DNA of 63,092 bases, filler included, from Octopus bimaculoides (taxonomy: Eukaryota), in the NCBI RefSeq assembly GCF_001194135.2. It is 7 parts of 7 records of this genome, joined end to end, with 100 filler letters (N's around TTAATTAATTAA, not from the genome) between each part and the next. Parts side by side here need not be neighbours in the genome. Positions count along the whole stretch, not along the records: positions 1 to 24,452 come from NC_069001.1; 6 more parts are not named here. One strand, written 5' to 3'. The notes beneath the pieces are model-generated. The model saw nothing but the letters and a program-made list of their open reading frames with translations, searched no databases and had not been told where the DNA came from. The position numbers were made by a program, and so were the translations under genes. Positions within the stretch are counted from its first letter, which is position 1, and every line of letters begins with the position of its first letter. This document shows, piece after piece, positions 1-13,995 of the stretch.

Positions 1-49
<49 letters not shown>

Positions 50-60
50 ATATATATATG
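1..60. repeat. (TA)n microsatellite
   Basis: Dinucleotide run at the window start. It is one of dozens of TA, CA, GA, TCTA, CATA, AAT and CAT microsatellites across the window. Confidence 0.95.
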
Positions 61-1786
61 TATATATACGCGCGCATTCAAACGAACACGCACGTACACA
101 CATTCACGCGTGCAAGCAAACACACACACACACACACATCTTTTATGCTATATATCTTATATATCTTTTATACTGCTTCTTTTTCAATTTTGACAAGATT
201 TCATTTGTTATCTTTTCCTCTTTTGAAAACTTTCTGTCTACTTCATCGGGGTTTCTTCTCTTCCATGGCTTATCTTCATCTCGTTTAATTCTTTGCTGTG
301 CAACTCTAATATAGTAGTCCTGGATTCTAAATAGATATTGTACAGCAGCATGGTCTTTTTTCAAACACATTTAGTCTCTGTACACCTTCCTTAGATGCTC
401 TTTGTTGTAGCATATGTTCTCATAAATGGTAGATTTGTTTGAGTGTTTGCCACCTTGGTGCAGTGAAAGACAATTCTTATATCCATGTTGGATGAGAGGA
501 CGCCAGAAATTGAAATTGTATTAAAAACGTCCCTCATTCATAACCGTTATAGTAATGTTCTAAATGTTTTATTTCTACACCCAGAAAACTATCTTTGTAA
601 GGAATGTGCAGATTTTCATATAAGGGGAACAATTGAGAGCACACACGTTTGCTTGCTTAATAAGCAGACTAACAGCTGACTGAATATTCAGGCCCATTTG
701 AATAAAGTCATTCTACATTGCAAAGTGTGATGTTAAACAAACCGCTGATATATTAAGATATTCTATATTACTCAGGTTCTTTTTTTCTATTCAAATGAAT
801 GACGTAACCCATTCTTTGGTGTAACCCATTTTTTGTTGTAACGCACATTTCGTTGTTGTCGTTGTAGTAGTCGTCGTCGTAGTAGTCCTCCTCCTCATCA
901 TTATCAGCAGCAGTGCTGGCATCCTCATCATGTTGTGTGTGTTTGCGTGCGTGTGTAAATAGTAGGCGAGGCGTGCAGTCGAGATATTATCCTGAAGAAC
1001 TGAATGGAATATTCTTTAAAAATTACTTCAAAAATTATTTCTTATGATCGAAATATAGCACACAAAATGTCAATCTCATGTAGAAAAGTATACACATAAA
1101 TAATAATAACAAAATACCAGATGTATATGAAAGTATATGAAATAACCCTTCGAAATCTATAAATATGCTCAGAAATCTCTTTCGGATTTATATCCTTGCA
1201 AACACAACCGATAGTCTACCTGAGAGTAGTTCGTTTCAATCGAGCACGTGAGACAATACTGTATGTATCCTGCATATATTCTGTTTGTATTCCACATGTC
1301 TACATATTCTATGAATTCTAGAATTCATATTATGACTTACAGTCTCACAGTTATGTTACAAAACCTACAAAATAAATGAAGCCAGAATCCATGCTTGATG
1401 AAATAATTGAACTCTTACGTAATGGTCCGATTATTTACGCAATATAGGCTAGATCACAACGCACTTTGGCAAAGACCACAACGTATTAATTAATCATGCT
1501 GCAGATACTGTGAGCGAATTAGACATTACGATTCAGAGAACATGCAAATTCTGAATGGAATTGGACAAATGTGACATACTTTCGTATTACAAATATATCC
1601 GGGAACGTCATATATGTGTCTGTGTGCGTACCTCTGCATGTGTGTGTTTGAATCTATATATATATAGTTAGAAGGAAAATGTGTTTAAAAAATCTTGGTA
1701 GATATCCAATAAAGCATTCATATATATGTGTATATAGTGTAACAATTTTACATTAACCGGAAGGGTTACTTCATACTTTTATAGTG

Positions 1787-1831
1787 ACAGTGATTTCGAT
1801 GTTTCGGCTTGCTAAGCCCTCATCAGACTGT
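1787..1831 (-). ncRNA. Type I minimal hammerhead ribozyme motif (Penelope-like element type)
   Basis: The minus strand reads acagt-CTGATGA-g-ggctt-agc-aagcc-GAAAC-atcgaa-ATC-actgt. Stem I (acagt/actgt) and stem II (ggctt/aagcc) pair perfectly and the core boxes are intact. Stem III is degenerate. Confidence 0.7.
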
Positions 1832-3600
1832 GATGCCTATAGTAAATCTTGGCCCTATATACAATCTCTGTAGAGATAAAAAAATTTCCGTGGTTTGCAG
1901 GGTCTATTAGAATATTAGTTAGTTTGTAAGGTGGGTTGTGACGTAGTGGAGTTATGGAGAATACGTTATTGATTAAACTGTGAGTTATACTTTTATTCAG
2001 AATTTATCCATGCGTGTTCTACAGATGAACCATTGCGATCAGGCATCCAAATATAGTTTGAACACCTGTTGCTGAGTTGGAAATAACTGCAACTTTCTCC
2101 GAATTAATGGGTTCATTCCAAATAGTACTGGATCAGCTTGAACTGACTGAGATCTCCATGATCCACAATGCATGATCCACAGTGTACCACTGTACTGTTC
2201 TTTTACGAAAACCATTGCCTAGCATTTCTAACAACATTCACTTCTCTTTAGATGGTATTATTCTTCATTCTTTGCATACCTTTGTTTGCCAGGTTAGACA
2301 TTTCCAACCAATTCTACACAGATTCCCTGAGCACAGACCTCAGTAATATCCTCTTGTGAATTATAACAGTCAAGTCCCTTTGGACAGCATAAAGTCTATC
2401 GTCGCACATACAAAATATTATTGCACTACGGAACAATAAACACGAACAGGAAAACATTAGGATAATTGTGATCGCTTCAAGCGTCATATCTCGCAATCAC
2501 TGAGAATCGCTTCTAGTCCATGCTTTAACTTACCAAAGCTTACATATCAAAGAATGAAATTCGTGTTCATAACAAGTAAATGCTTCCTACAACAAGTCCC
2601 CGCAATTTTCGGAGATAAGGTGGAGCCCTCGATTGAGAACGTCTACATTTGAAATTACATTACTGCTGAATATTCTTTTGATTAAAAACGCATCTAAGAA
2701 TATGAGCAATTATAGAACAATATAGAGGCACTAACAAACAATACTAAACTGTGGATTACAGGTATGCTGCCTTCCATTCTTATGTGTTTGCGGCGACTAT
2801 AATGATATCTTAAATAGACAGTTGGTTATTTTTCTGTTACCTAACCACGCACACTCTTGAGTTGGCCGAGTTGCCTCCTCTTGAGACACACATTTTTCTC
2901 ATGAAATCAGACACCACACTAACCAACCGTTAGTATGTCCATAACTTAATCAACAGCATTTCAATTTCTGCAATCCACATGCATATTTTCAGACATCGAC
3001 ATATGACGTACCATGCAAAACAGTCACGGAAGCAGCCTTGCATTAACCAGACATGTTAATTATGAAAGCCATAGGCAACAAGCACTCTTCCAGACATAGC
3101 AAACAGGAATTGATTTGCCTGTTGTTTGTCTTAAGACTTTGATGTATTTCGTGCACTATTGTCGGTAAAGTTTTTCAATAAATTTGTATTATATTTATAA
3201 CTTTTGTAAGTCTGGATTACGCTATTGATCTCGCAAATTGGAGAAAACCAGCCGTGTCAGAATTTTTTAAAATTATTTTACAGTTTCCAGTTCCATTAAA
3301 CTTCGTGTATTTATTTTCTTTNNNNNNNNNNNNNNNNNNNNNNNNNNNNNNNNNNNNNNNNNNNNNNNNNNNNNNNNNNNNNNNNNNNNNNNNNNNNNNN
3401 NNNNNNNNNNNNNNNNNNNNNNNNNNNNNNNNNNNNNNNNNNNNNNNNNNNNNNNNNNNNNNNNNNNNNNNNNNNNNNNNNNNNNNNNNNNNNNNNNNNN
3501 NNNNNNNNNNNNNNNNNNNNNNNNNNNNNNNNNNNNNNNNNNNNNNNNNNNNNNNNNNNNNNNNNNNNNNNNNNNNNNNNNNNNNNNNNNNNNNNNNNNN

Positions 3601-3671
<71 letters not shown>

Positions 3672-3678
3672 GCGCGCG
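3601..3678. repeat. (CGCA)n tetranucleotide microsatellite
   Basis: Direct repeat next to an N gap. Confidence 0.95.
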
Positions 3679-4775
3679 CATGAACGCACGCATACATACA
3701 GTACTATCCATCCATCTCTTATATCCTCTGTCAACTCACCTGCACATCCTCCTCGAACGAGAGTGTAGTAACAGACTGTTTAAACACTATTACTGAGGGC
3801 TTGAATTTCTTCACCACACATATATTAACACAAATTTTTGAATGGATGTGTGCCTCAATATATTAGCCTGTTTTTTTCTTGTTTTTTCTTGTGGAAAATG
3901 TGTGTTCCCTATCCTAAACATACAGCGTATAATTCTTCAATGTTAAGAGATTCAACTTAAAGAATTTCACCCTCTCTAATATGTTATATTTCTTCTTGTT
4001 GATAACTCAAAGATAGCTGGAGGTACATTTAAATCATTATATGCATTGTTTCTTCATGCATATATTCTTAGATAAGACAGGTCTATGTAGACTCCATGTT
4101 TTACAAATTAATCTGTATACAAGGAAGCTTACGAAAACCTAAAATTTCTAGCGAAAAGCGATTAAAGACATCATATACAACCGTTATTTCACTCTTCTGC
4201 ATAATAAAGAAGAATAATACCAACTAAAGAAAGATGGATCAAATTTCAACGCGTTGGTCAACATTTTGAAGAATATCAGGAGAAAATTATTGACGTTTAA
4301 TTTATAATTATTTGGACATAATATATCAATGCCATGCTCTTGTTCACTGCAAAATAGCTGGAAAACATCAATTTCTTCCCGAAAATTCATGAACTGTTGC
4401 ACGTACATACATTTCAAGATCTCTAAGACATCAAGGAAGAAAAAAACATCCGTATTAGTGAAGTGAAGGGCAACTGGTTTGGACTGGCATCGGGTCATAT
4501 TAGTTGTACCTATGAAGCGTAAACAAATAATGACACTCTGAAATCACCCGAAAGACACTTTAGAGACTGAATACTATAAATTCATTTATTGATTCTTGAA
4601 GGAATTGAACACACATTTTGTATCTTGCGTTGGACATATGGTATTATTCCTGTGATTTTCCACCCTTATGTATACATTTTTACTATAAGATGAATTCTAG
4701 CTCATGCTGAGCACTTCAGCTCTAGCCCGTCTTTATGTATTGTTATATTAGCAATACATAATTATACAAAAATTA

Positions 4776-4820
<45 letters not shown>

Positions 4821-5009
4821 TACATGTGCGTATTGAGTTTAAGAAGAGTATGTCGAGTTGTTTTGGCGAGGGGACACACACACACACACACACACACAGG
4901 GACGAATACTTTCACTTTTAATATGTAAGTTAAGAGAGATAATATACGGTAGATTATCAGAGAAAGATTTCAAAGTCTTCGTGTAAAGTAAAGTAAATAT
5001 AACAAAAAA

Positions 5010-5194
5010 TAATCCAGAATCCCTCTCCCCTACCGGATCGATCCTAAAATCTAATCAGTTCGTACCAGTCACGGAGCCAGACATTCCTGAATGTTTCAAC
5101 CGAATCCATGCGGTTCTTGAGATATCTTGTCCACGGACAAACAAAGAAACGCGACCGAAAACAATACCTCCCCACGTCGCTAAGGCGGAAATAA
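5010..5194 (-). mobile_element. Fragment of a non-autonomous element, possibly rolling-circle (Helentron/HINE-like)
   Basis: The minus strand begins attatttccgccttagcgacgtggggaggtattgttttcggtcgcgtttctttgtttgtccgtggacaagatatctcaagaaccgcatggattcgg. This resembles from memory the 'attacctccgccaaggaggttatgtttt' type of element common in aquatic animals. The family assignment is uncertain. Confidence 0.35.
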
Positions 5195-6856
5195 TATACA
5201 GAATAAAGTAAAATGGATTAAAATAAAGTAAATTAAATATCATCAGATACAACGAAGTACAAAATAAATGGCGATACTAAATAATAGAAGTAGAATGGAA
5301 GTGAAAATGAAAAATAAGGGGACTGAAAAAAATAACAATCAAAATAAATTAACAAGGAAATAGCGATGTTATCCTCATGTCATTATATATATATATATAT
5401 ATATATATATTAATATTACTATTTCTAAATCTCTCTCTCTAGAGAGAGAGAGAAGGAGAGAGTGAGGTAGGAGAGAGAGATAGGGGTGAAAGTAGACTAT
5501 TTGCGAATCAGGTAACTCAGAAAGTGACAGTTGTCATTTATTTAATTTAAGTATTTAGTATCCCTAATGTCTTATGCTATGGTTTATGGGTGTTATATCC
5601 ATTATCTCACATGATTAGTTACGAAATATTTAAGAAATAATCTAGGAGCTTTGTGGTAGATATATTTATATCGTATCGCTAATTCCTGTCTTTTATTAAT
5701 GATCTTATATTCTGACGTAATCCTTATTAAGAATGACACTTCTAGGCAGAGTTAGCAAGTATAAGTATAATCACTCTAAATTATATTTCATTTTTAATTT
5801 CTAAGCTGCTAGATTAGCTTGCTTAGCGCAACCACGTTTTATTTATTCCTATCGGTAAAAATTACACTGTAAATGATGAGTTATAGTAAAAATTTGCAAG
5901 CTCTTGAACAACTCCGTATCTAAAAGTAAACGGTATTGTCTGTAACGAAAGTGCATGTATAGTAGTAGTTTTCGCTCCTCTTTAATATCCGGGCAAGATC
6001 AAATACCTGGATTTTTGAAGGAGGCCGCACCGAAAAAAGTAAAACAGAAAGAAAATTAAAGAAAATTTATATTTACAGAGGGAAGGCCGTCGGGGGTCAC
6101 CGGAAAGATGCTTCAGGGACGCTGTGCAGGAGTTTATAGATTTTATACACCATATTCTTCCGGAGGCCATTGTTAAGTTAACGGTCATTTACTCGGGAGT
6201 GGTGCATTCTAGCGTAACAAATATGTGCTTAAACTTCGAAGATGTATATTAGAAATCTGAATCTCTATGACAATATCAGATGAAACAAGTGCTGAGCGTT
6301 AGTCCAGCCTCTTTAACTAAAAAGCAAATTTGATCTTGTCATTATTTACAATGTAAAGGTAGTAATCCAGAACAAATATTGAAAGCATTGTGTTATTAGT
6401 TGTAGTGACCTTGCCAATTTGTCCTGTGTTTATATTTTATGCTATTAGCGAATTCTTAGATGTTGCTTCAAAGGAAACTAAGTTGCATCATTCTGTTTCT
6501 GTCCTACATGAGATTTTACATTTAATTATGAATAAACGCATCATACCAAAGTATGACTCATATACTCATTGATTTATGCTGAGTCATACTTCAGTTTAAT
6601 TCATGTTTTCCCTCCATGTTCAGATTATTGCTACTGTTTTTGTTTTTTATACTCTCTATATACTTCTCTGAACTGAGTCATAACTAATCTGAGATTCGTG
6701 TTTTAGTATTCATCTGATTATATTTAGATTTTTCCTCTCTGATAGTTTTATAGCATGAAGGATACATCTTCTCAGAAATATGAAGCAATACGTTCATTTA
6801 GTGAAGAAACTAAGTAGGCAACGAAGTAAGCAGATATATACTTGCAAATAAATTTA

Positions 6857-7757
6857 GTAATGTACGCAGAGGCATCATTAAGAATAAAAGGTTAACTGAC
6901 GCTGAAACCAGCCAAATTAGGACAAACATAACCCATGGTAGACCAAATAAAATCAGTAACAATGGAAATGAAATAGGCAGCGAATGCACAGAACCCTGTG
7001 TACGAGTAGTACATCCCAACAAGGAAGCTGAAGGAAGACTAGGAAGGAGAAGATATGCCGTAAAAGAGGAGAATGTAGAGCTACCTCAAGAACACCAAAA
7101 GAAATATGATACATAATTGCTGTGAATAATAAAGGGAAGATGATAGGAACAAAAGAAGTTAGTATGAGAGAACTCAGCAAGACTGAATTTACTGATATGA
7201 TCAATAGTGAACCGCTACCAAAGCTCTCGAGCAGTATAAAAAATAACATCATAATCATGATATATACTCTTGCTCTTAGACAGATATTAAGTAATAAAGG
7301 AAAAGATCTGACAACCTTACATATCCTCATCTATTCCACTGCTAAAGTTGTAACTGCTCAACTGAGTATCGGGACGAAACAGAGAGGGACCAATCATGTC
7401 AATAGACCTCCTAAGTGGAAACTAGCAATGCAAAAAGAAATCGAATATTTTCGAGTGGATATATCAGTTCTCAATGAACTTGCTACAGGAAATATTAAAA
7501 CGAACCAGGCTAGAATCATCAAGCAGAAATATAAAATCAAATATTTTATAAACCTCGCTACAACCAAGGAATTAGAGAAACAGCGAATACAACTAAAAGC
7601 CTACCGGCTCAGAAGGTATGGCAGAATGATCAAATTTTATGGACAAAACAAGGCATTCAAGACGGATGCTAAAACTTTTTTCAGGGAAATTGGCAAAAGC
7701 AAGGTAGAAATAAATACGCAAACAACGAGAGAAACAAATAGAAAAGAGGACAAGTAA
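6857..7757 (+). mobile_element. Degraded R4/Dong-clade non-LTR retrotransposon, N-terminal ORF region
   Basis: Translations give RRGIIKNKRLTDAETSQIR, EPLPKL, LTTLHILIYSTAKVVT, PPKWKLAMQKEIEYFRVDISVLNEL and KQRIQLKAYRLRRYGRMIKFYGQNKAFKTDAKTFFREIG. These match the motif order of the pre-RT region of R4/Dong elements. Frameshifts and stops lie upstream of 7122. Confidence 0.75.
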
Positions 7758-8172
7758 CATAAAGAACGACCCTTCATCAGTTGTTGGCTGTCCATCTACT
7801 CCTCAATTCGAGCATTGAACGACAATGAGCCTTCGGAGGCAGTTGCGCCCACAAATGCGGATATAGATTTTGGGATTTATGCAGAGTCCAAGCTGGTAAC
7901 AAAAACAGGACAGTGGAGACATACAAGGAAACCGAACGAAAACAAATATGGAGGGTCGTTAGACCAGACGAAGTTAAAAAGGAAACGCTGGAGAAATACT
8001 TCCTTTGACAGCCATGAAGAACAAATAAAAAGTAAAAAGATATCAAATGCGAAACGCTTGAAAACGGTGTTGTTTCACTACTGCTTTTAGTAACTCTTCC
8101 ATTTTTGGTGCTATTGCAAACCTCGTCGCCACTGTTATATGACAATATTACACAGTGAATGTAGAGATATTG

Positions 8173-8203
<31 letters not shown>

Positions 8204-9270
8204 NNNNNNNNNNNNNNNNNNNNNNNNNNNNNNNNNNNNNNNNNNNNNNNNNNNNNNNNNNNNNNNNNNNNNNNNNNNNNNNNNNNNNNNNNNNNNNNNN
8301 NNNNNNNNNNNNNNNNNNNNNNNNNNNNNNNNNNNNNNNNNNNNNNNNNNNNNNNNNNNNNNNNNNNNNNNNNNNNNNNNNNNNNNNNNNNNNNNNNNNN
8401 NNNNNNNNNNNNNNNNNNNNNNNNNNNNNNNNNNNNNNNNNNNNNNNNNNNNNNNNNNNNNNNNNNNNNNNNNNNNNNNNNNNNNNNNNNNNNNNNNNNN
8501 NNNNNNNNNNNNNNNNNNNNNNNNNNNNNNNNNNNNNNNNNNNNNNNNNNNNNNNNNNNNNNNNNNNTATATATATATATATATATGCATACAGCTGCTA
8601 TTAGATTTGATTTGACCTGCTGCTTTAGTGATAACTTCCAGTTTGTCATGGTACATTTCATACGCTGCATTAATATCAGCGCTGCTTTGTTTACGTAAAG
8701 TATCTCTAATATTGATGTGTGATGTTTTACTGTCGAATACGTTTTGGTAAACAATCCGTGTCGTGTGCAGACATTCATTTTCTGATTTTTTTTTTTTTTG
8801 CATTAGTTTTTTTTTTAAATTTATTTTTTCGCTGCTTTCAGTGAAGTTACGACAAATTAACAAGTTTTTGTCACAATATACCTATGCATTACTTTCGCAA
8901 CCACCGCGTCACCATCACTCCACCACCACCATCACTTCTACTACTACTACTACTACTACTACTACTATAACGATAATACAACGATACTACTATTGAAAGA
9001 GTAATACGGATATCCTTAGTAGTGTCAGCAGTAGCAGTAGGAGTAGTAGTAACACCAGCAGAATTAGTAGTAGTAGTAGTAGTAGTAGTAGTAGCAGTAG
9101 TAGTAACAGCAATAACAGTAGCAGTTGTAGTAAAGTCAAATTATTTCTCTTTTTACTGAAATTTATAAGATTTCAGTTCAAGCTAGCGTATTTTGTATAC
9201 AAATATGTTTAACACTCTATATTATTTTTTCTGTCACTGCTGTTGAACATATCTCTACATAGAACACGGG

Positions 9271-9332
<62 letters not shown>

Positions 9333-9944
9333 ATATATGAATATATATATATGTGTGTGTGTGTNNNNNNNNNNNNNNNNNNNNNNNNNNNNNNNNNNNN
9401 NNNNNNNNNNNNNNNNNNNNNNNNNNNNNNNNNNNNNNNNNNNNNNNNNNNNNNNNNNNNNNNNNNNNNNNNNNNNNNNNNNNNNNNNNNNNNNNNNNNN
9501 NNNNNNNNNNNNNNNNNNNNNNNNNNNNNNNNNNNNNNNNNNNNNNNNNNNNNNNNNNNNNNNNNNNNNNNNNNNNNNNNNNNNNNNNNNNNNNNNNNNN
9601 NNNNNNNNNNNNNNNNNNNNNNNNNNNNNNNNNNNNNNNNNNNNNNNNNNNNNNNNNNNNNNNNNNNNNNNNNNNNNNNNNNNNNNNNNNNNNNNNNNNN
9701 NNNNNNNNNNNNNNNNNNNNNNNNNNNNNNNNNNNNNNNNNNNNNNNNNNNNNNNNNNNNNNNNNNNNNNNNNNNNNNNNNNNNNNNNNNNNNNNNNNNN
9801 NNNNNNNNNNNNNNNNNNNNNNNNNNNNNNNNNNNNNNNNNNNNNNNNNNNNNNNNNNNNNNNNNNNNNNNNNNNNNNNNNNNNNNNNNNNNNNNNNNNN
9901 NNNNNNNNNNNNNNNNNNNNNNNNNNNNNNNNNNNNNNNNNNNN

Positions 9945-9961
9945 NNTATGTGTATATGAAA

Positions 9962-10001
<40 letters not shown>

Positions 10002-10142
10002 ATGAATATATGTGTGTGTGTGTGTGTGTGTATGAATATATATGTATGTGTGTGTGTGTGTGTGTGTATGAATATATATGTATGTGTGTGTGTGTGTGTG
10101 TGTGTATGAATATATATGTATGTGTATGTGTGTGTGTGTGTG
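9945..10142. repeat. Compound minisatellite (GT)n-ATGAATATATAT
   Basis: About 5 reiterations of a (gt)n + atgaatata(ta) unit of variable length. Confidence 0.85.
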
Positions 10143-11109
10143 GTTAGTCTTTTGTTGTTGCTGCTTTTGAAAATCTATGATGTATGATCTTTTACCTGTT
10201 TTCAGAATCTTTTTTTTTTCTTTTTTAGTACGTAGTTGTATATTTATTTATTCTTAAATTTGTTTTGTTTCAACAGCGCTTATGTTTACAGTTTTAATGG
10301 AGACTGTTTCTACATTAATCCCGAACACACGTTTTATCTTAAATTATTAATATTTATATTTTCATAGTTTGCAAGCCATCTCGCTCGCTGTAATTTTTTC
10401 GAAAAAAAAAACATTTTTGTAGGTTCTCGAAAAATAGTTTTATATTGTTTATCATATACGACAGAAATCTTGTGGCACGCTTGTCTTTCCGAAGATCTAT
10501 TCAAGAGGAGGAGTAGTAGTAGTAGTAGTAGTAGTCTTGTTTTTCTTTGAGCCCTAGTCGCAGCATAATGTTAACCCGTTGCCTCATTCTGTTATGTAAT
10601 GCAGAAGATTCAGATATGATGATCTAGATGTTGTTTCTAGTTGTTAGAACGATTTTTTGATGAGATATCTCTTGATTCCCTCATTGTTTAGAATCAGTCA
10701 AAACATGATCGGTAAGATGACGATTTACCTACTGTCTTTAGTTCTTAGGGTAAGCTTTTCACGAGATATCCATCATAGCTGTTTCTTCGTTAAACCCTTT
10801 AAACGTTCCTAACGCATCTATCACGTATTTTAGTAGACACAAAAGATTTTAATATGCTGAGATTTGATAGTAATTTGGATTCTATTTTATGGAGATCGAG
10901 TGAATATTTTGAGGATCTATATTTGATCCGCGTTCTTGAGCTTATCGGAAGTTGGTCTCACTTTTGTAATAGGATCCACGAGAAGTTTCACGTGACAATA
11001 TACCTATATATATACGGCCTCACGCAAAATTCTAAAGCAGCTGCCAGAAATGGATATTCCAGCTTCGCCTGTAGCATTATCATAATATGAGGCACAACAG
11101 TAATAACAA

Positions 11110-11150
11110 AAATAAGTGACTAGTAATTATTCATTACTAGTCACTTATTT
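11110..11150. repeat. Perfect 18-bp inverted repeat with 5-nt loop
   Basis: aaataagtgactagtaat-tattc-attactagtcacttattt. Confidence 0.95.
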
Positions 11151-12234
11151 GTTCAGGAGAATAACCCTAAGGCGGTTCCCAGCTGAGATGTAACAATTAG
11201 GATCCCAACGTCTACCTATCACCCGTCTCACGCTGAGCAGTTTCCAGTTGGTATCAGACTACCCTCTAACGATGCATAGTTTTTTTATCAACTTCATGGG
11301 GATGATAAACAATCCGAAGAAACAGGTAGCAATTCATTTCGCCGAAGGACAAAGGAGAACAGCTATAGAAGAAGGAACTTGTAAAATCAATGGAATGATG
11401 AGTATCATCTCAGAAAATGTTAATGATATCAGCGAGCTTAGAAAAGAAACTATTATAAACAAAAATCTCAAAAGCACTAGTTAGATAGAGCCACCCTCCC
11501 AAGAAACAGGCATATATATATGTGCATCTGTGTGTGTGTGTGTGTCTTTCTAAAGAAGACATGCACATGCCAGTGAAAGTAATTATTTGATTATCCCAGA
11601 GAGATTGGCTTTGGTATCACCATAAAGAGCATCTTGCAGAATATACTAGAAGTAGATAGCAGTTAATGAGACTGGCCTCTAAATGTTCTCGTCGACAACA
11701 ACACAGGCCCAGTCACCCGTTTCAGCGAGTATGTCACGACACTGATTCCACATCAGACTCAAAGCAATGATTCTATGAGAATTTCTATTCGCATCCATCA
11801 GCATCTCTGGCCTGAATATTACCTCCTTAAATGCAAGATATGGCAAACCAGAATCTCAGCATTCAAATCATGGATATTTTCAGTTGAGAGCGAAATGAAT
11901 AATGGGCAATGATTCAAGGACCTGTATAGTATTCATGACATGTGTATCGACAATGCATGCTTCCGGCGAGAGCTCCCTTGCAAATCCGTTAGAAATGCTT
12001 GGGCAGAAGGAAATGTTATCAGCTGTTGTTTCGAGACTTATTTTGCAACCACGTGCACTTCATTTCGTAACATCTACTGTAACGTTTCGAAGACGTGGGT
12101 TCCACTTTACATTGGGAGCGAGTGTTCGTATACAGAGACTGCCGAGTAGTCATTCTTGTGTGTTTGTGTGTGTTCTAACACACACGCACGCACGCACATA
12201 CACAGACACAGACACACTCACACACACAAACACG

Positions 12235-12272
<38 letters not shown>

Positions 12273-12324
12273 CACAAAGGGTAACATACGCATCTATCTA
12301 TCTATCTATCTGTCTGTCTATGTA

Positions 12325-12385
<61 letters not shown>

Positions 12386-13554
12386 CTATCTAGTATCCAA
12401 CTATCTATGTCTCTCTCTCTCTCTGTTTATATATATATACATATACTTATATATATTCATATGCACATCCATCCATCCAGCCATACATACATACATACAT
12501 ACACACGTACGTACGTACGTGCATACGTACTTATAGAAATGCATAATGGATTTGACTCCATTGTATAGTTTTTAACACAACATAATGTGTTCAACACGGA
12601 TTAGAAAAAATGCATTAAAACAACCTTGAAGAGAGAAAAGTTATCTGAAAGCTCTAACATTGTGCTAAATGAAGAAATAGTGTTGATTGTCAGATCTAAC
12701 AACGACTTACACATACATCCATTTCACTAAAGAATAAAACGTATGTCACACAAGCTCATAAATGTATAAAAACGTCTCTAAAGACTTTTTTTTAAAAGCA
12801 TTAGTTTAATAATTAAAACTGAGATAAATGTAAAATAAAACAAAGTAATAAGTATTAATACTTTTACTCTCTTTGGAAAAATCTATAATCATAACAATTT
12901 CATCTACTGCTAAATGAACTAAGAAAATCAGACAGAAGGAGAAATAAACAAGAGATATAATGGCAGCGTTTAGAATGCATCAATTAAATTTGGTATAGAG
13001 AGCATACATATACCATGGATTCGCGGTTACAGAGGCCTTTAGGTAATAAAAATCTATATTTAAAATATTGACTGTAGGACTACAAATATTAGCTAGAAAA
13101 CATAAATGAGAATTGATACAAATAAAAAAGTAAGAATAGTATTTACAATAGAGACTCTTCTGTAATTATGGAAGCCAAGACAGACTGAAATAAGAGAGTT
13201 TAGGCAATAGAGGAAAGAAACAACGTGTGTAATTATGACAAAAGATAAAAAGGAAACTGGAAATGAAATTAGATAATGCAATGTTGAAAGAACAATGGAA
13301 AGGAAGCCCACACATGTCAGATAGCAGTGAAAAATTACGCGGTTTGAAAAGAACAAAGAATATTGCAGTAATGGCTGAGAAAACATGGACTTCTGCGTGC
13401 TGGAGTAGAATGATTACATAAAACAAACAACTACAAAAACGCAGGTTGTGGAAAATAGATGCTAACATCAGTTGAAGATTGTGCAATCAATAAAAGAAAT
13501 GGTCGTACGCATCATTTCTGGTTGATCGTTTCTTGTGGTTTTTGAGTATATTGG

Positions 13555-13995
13555 TTCCAATTTTGGCACAAAGCCAGCATTTTCGGTGACGAGGTTAAGT
13601 CTGTTACATCGACTCCTGGATTCAAATGATACTTATTTTAGCCACCCCGAAAGGATGAAAGGTAAATTCGACCGTGGTGGAATTTGGACGCGGAACGTAA
13701 AAAGAGACGAAACGCTGCTAAACGTTTTACCTGGCGAACCAACAATCCTGCCAGCTCGCCGCCTTGGATTTTGACTGCATCGATTAAAAATTTTGGCACA
13801 AGATCAGCAATTCCAGGGAAGGGTATAAATCGATTGCAACGCCCCCAGTCGGCTGCTGATACTTATATAATCAACTCTGAAAGAATGAAAGGTAAAGTCG
13901 ACGTCAGTGGAATTTGAACTCAGAACATAAAGACGGACAAAATGCTACTAAACATTTTGCCCACTGCGCTAACGATTATTTCAGCTCAGCTCCTT
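13555..13995 (-). mobile_element. Two tandem degraded SINE family A copies (tRNA head plus Meta-like core)
   Basis: Both carry the 'gaaaggatgaaaggtaaagtcgac...ggaatttgaactcagaac...gccagctcgccgcc' block shared with the copies at 19743 and 35923. Confidence 0.8.

Noticed and set aside
143-560. Minus-strand frame open for about 120 codons apart from one stop (MCLKKDHAAVQYLFRIQD...)
   Set aside because: It has no recognisable domain or clear splice sites and ends in a microsatellite. It is probably a decayed transposon and cannot be supported as a gene.
2040-2130. Minus-strand RRKLQLFPTQQQ...QWF resembling a TnpB/Fanzor HTH start
   Set aside because: The motif spacing is wrong, there are in-frame stops, no RuvC or zinc-finger follows, and the neighbouring hammerhead points to a Penelope-like origin.
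3217-10147. Many long ORFs in the track containing X runs or YI/CV/TH/RA repeats (also 18.2-18.7, 27.3-28.5, 35.7-36.0 and 44.7-46.1 kb)
   Set aside because: They are open only because of N gaps and microsatellites.
11600-12130. Possible ancient RT relic (LEMLGQKEMLSAVVSRL...GFHFTLG)
   Set aside because: The similarity to RTE RT is too weak to call without a profile search.
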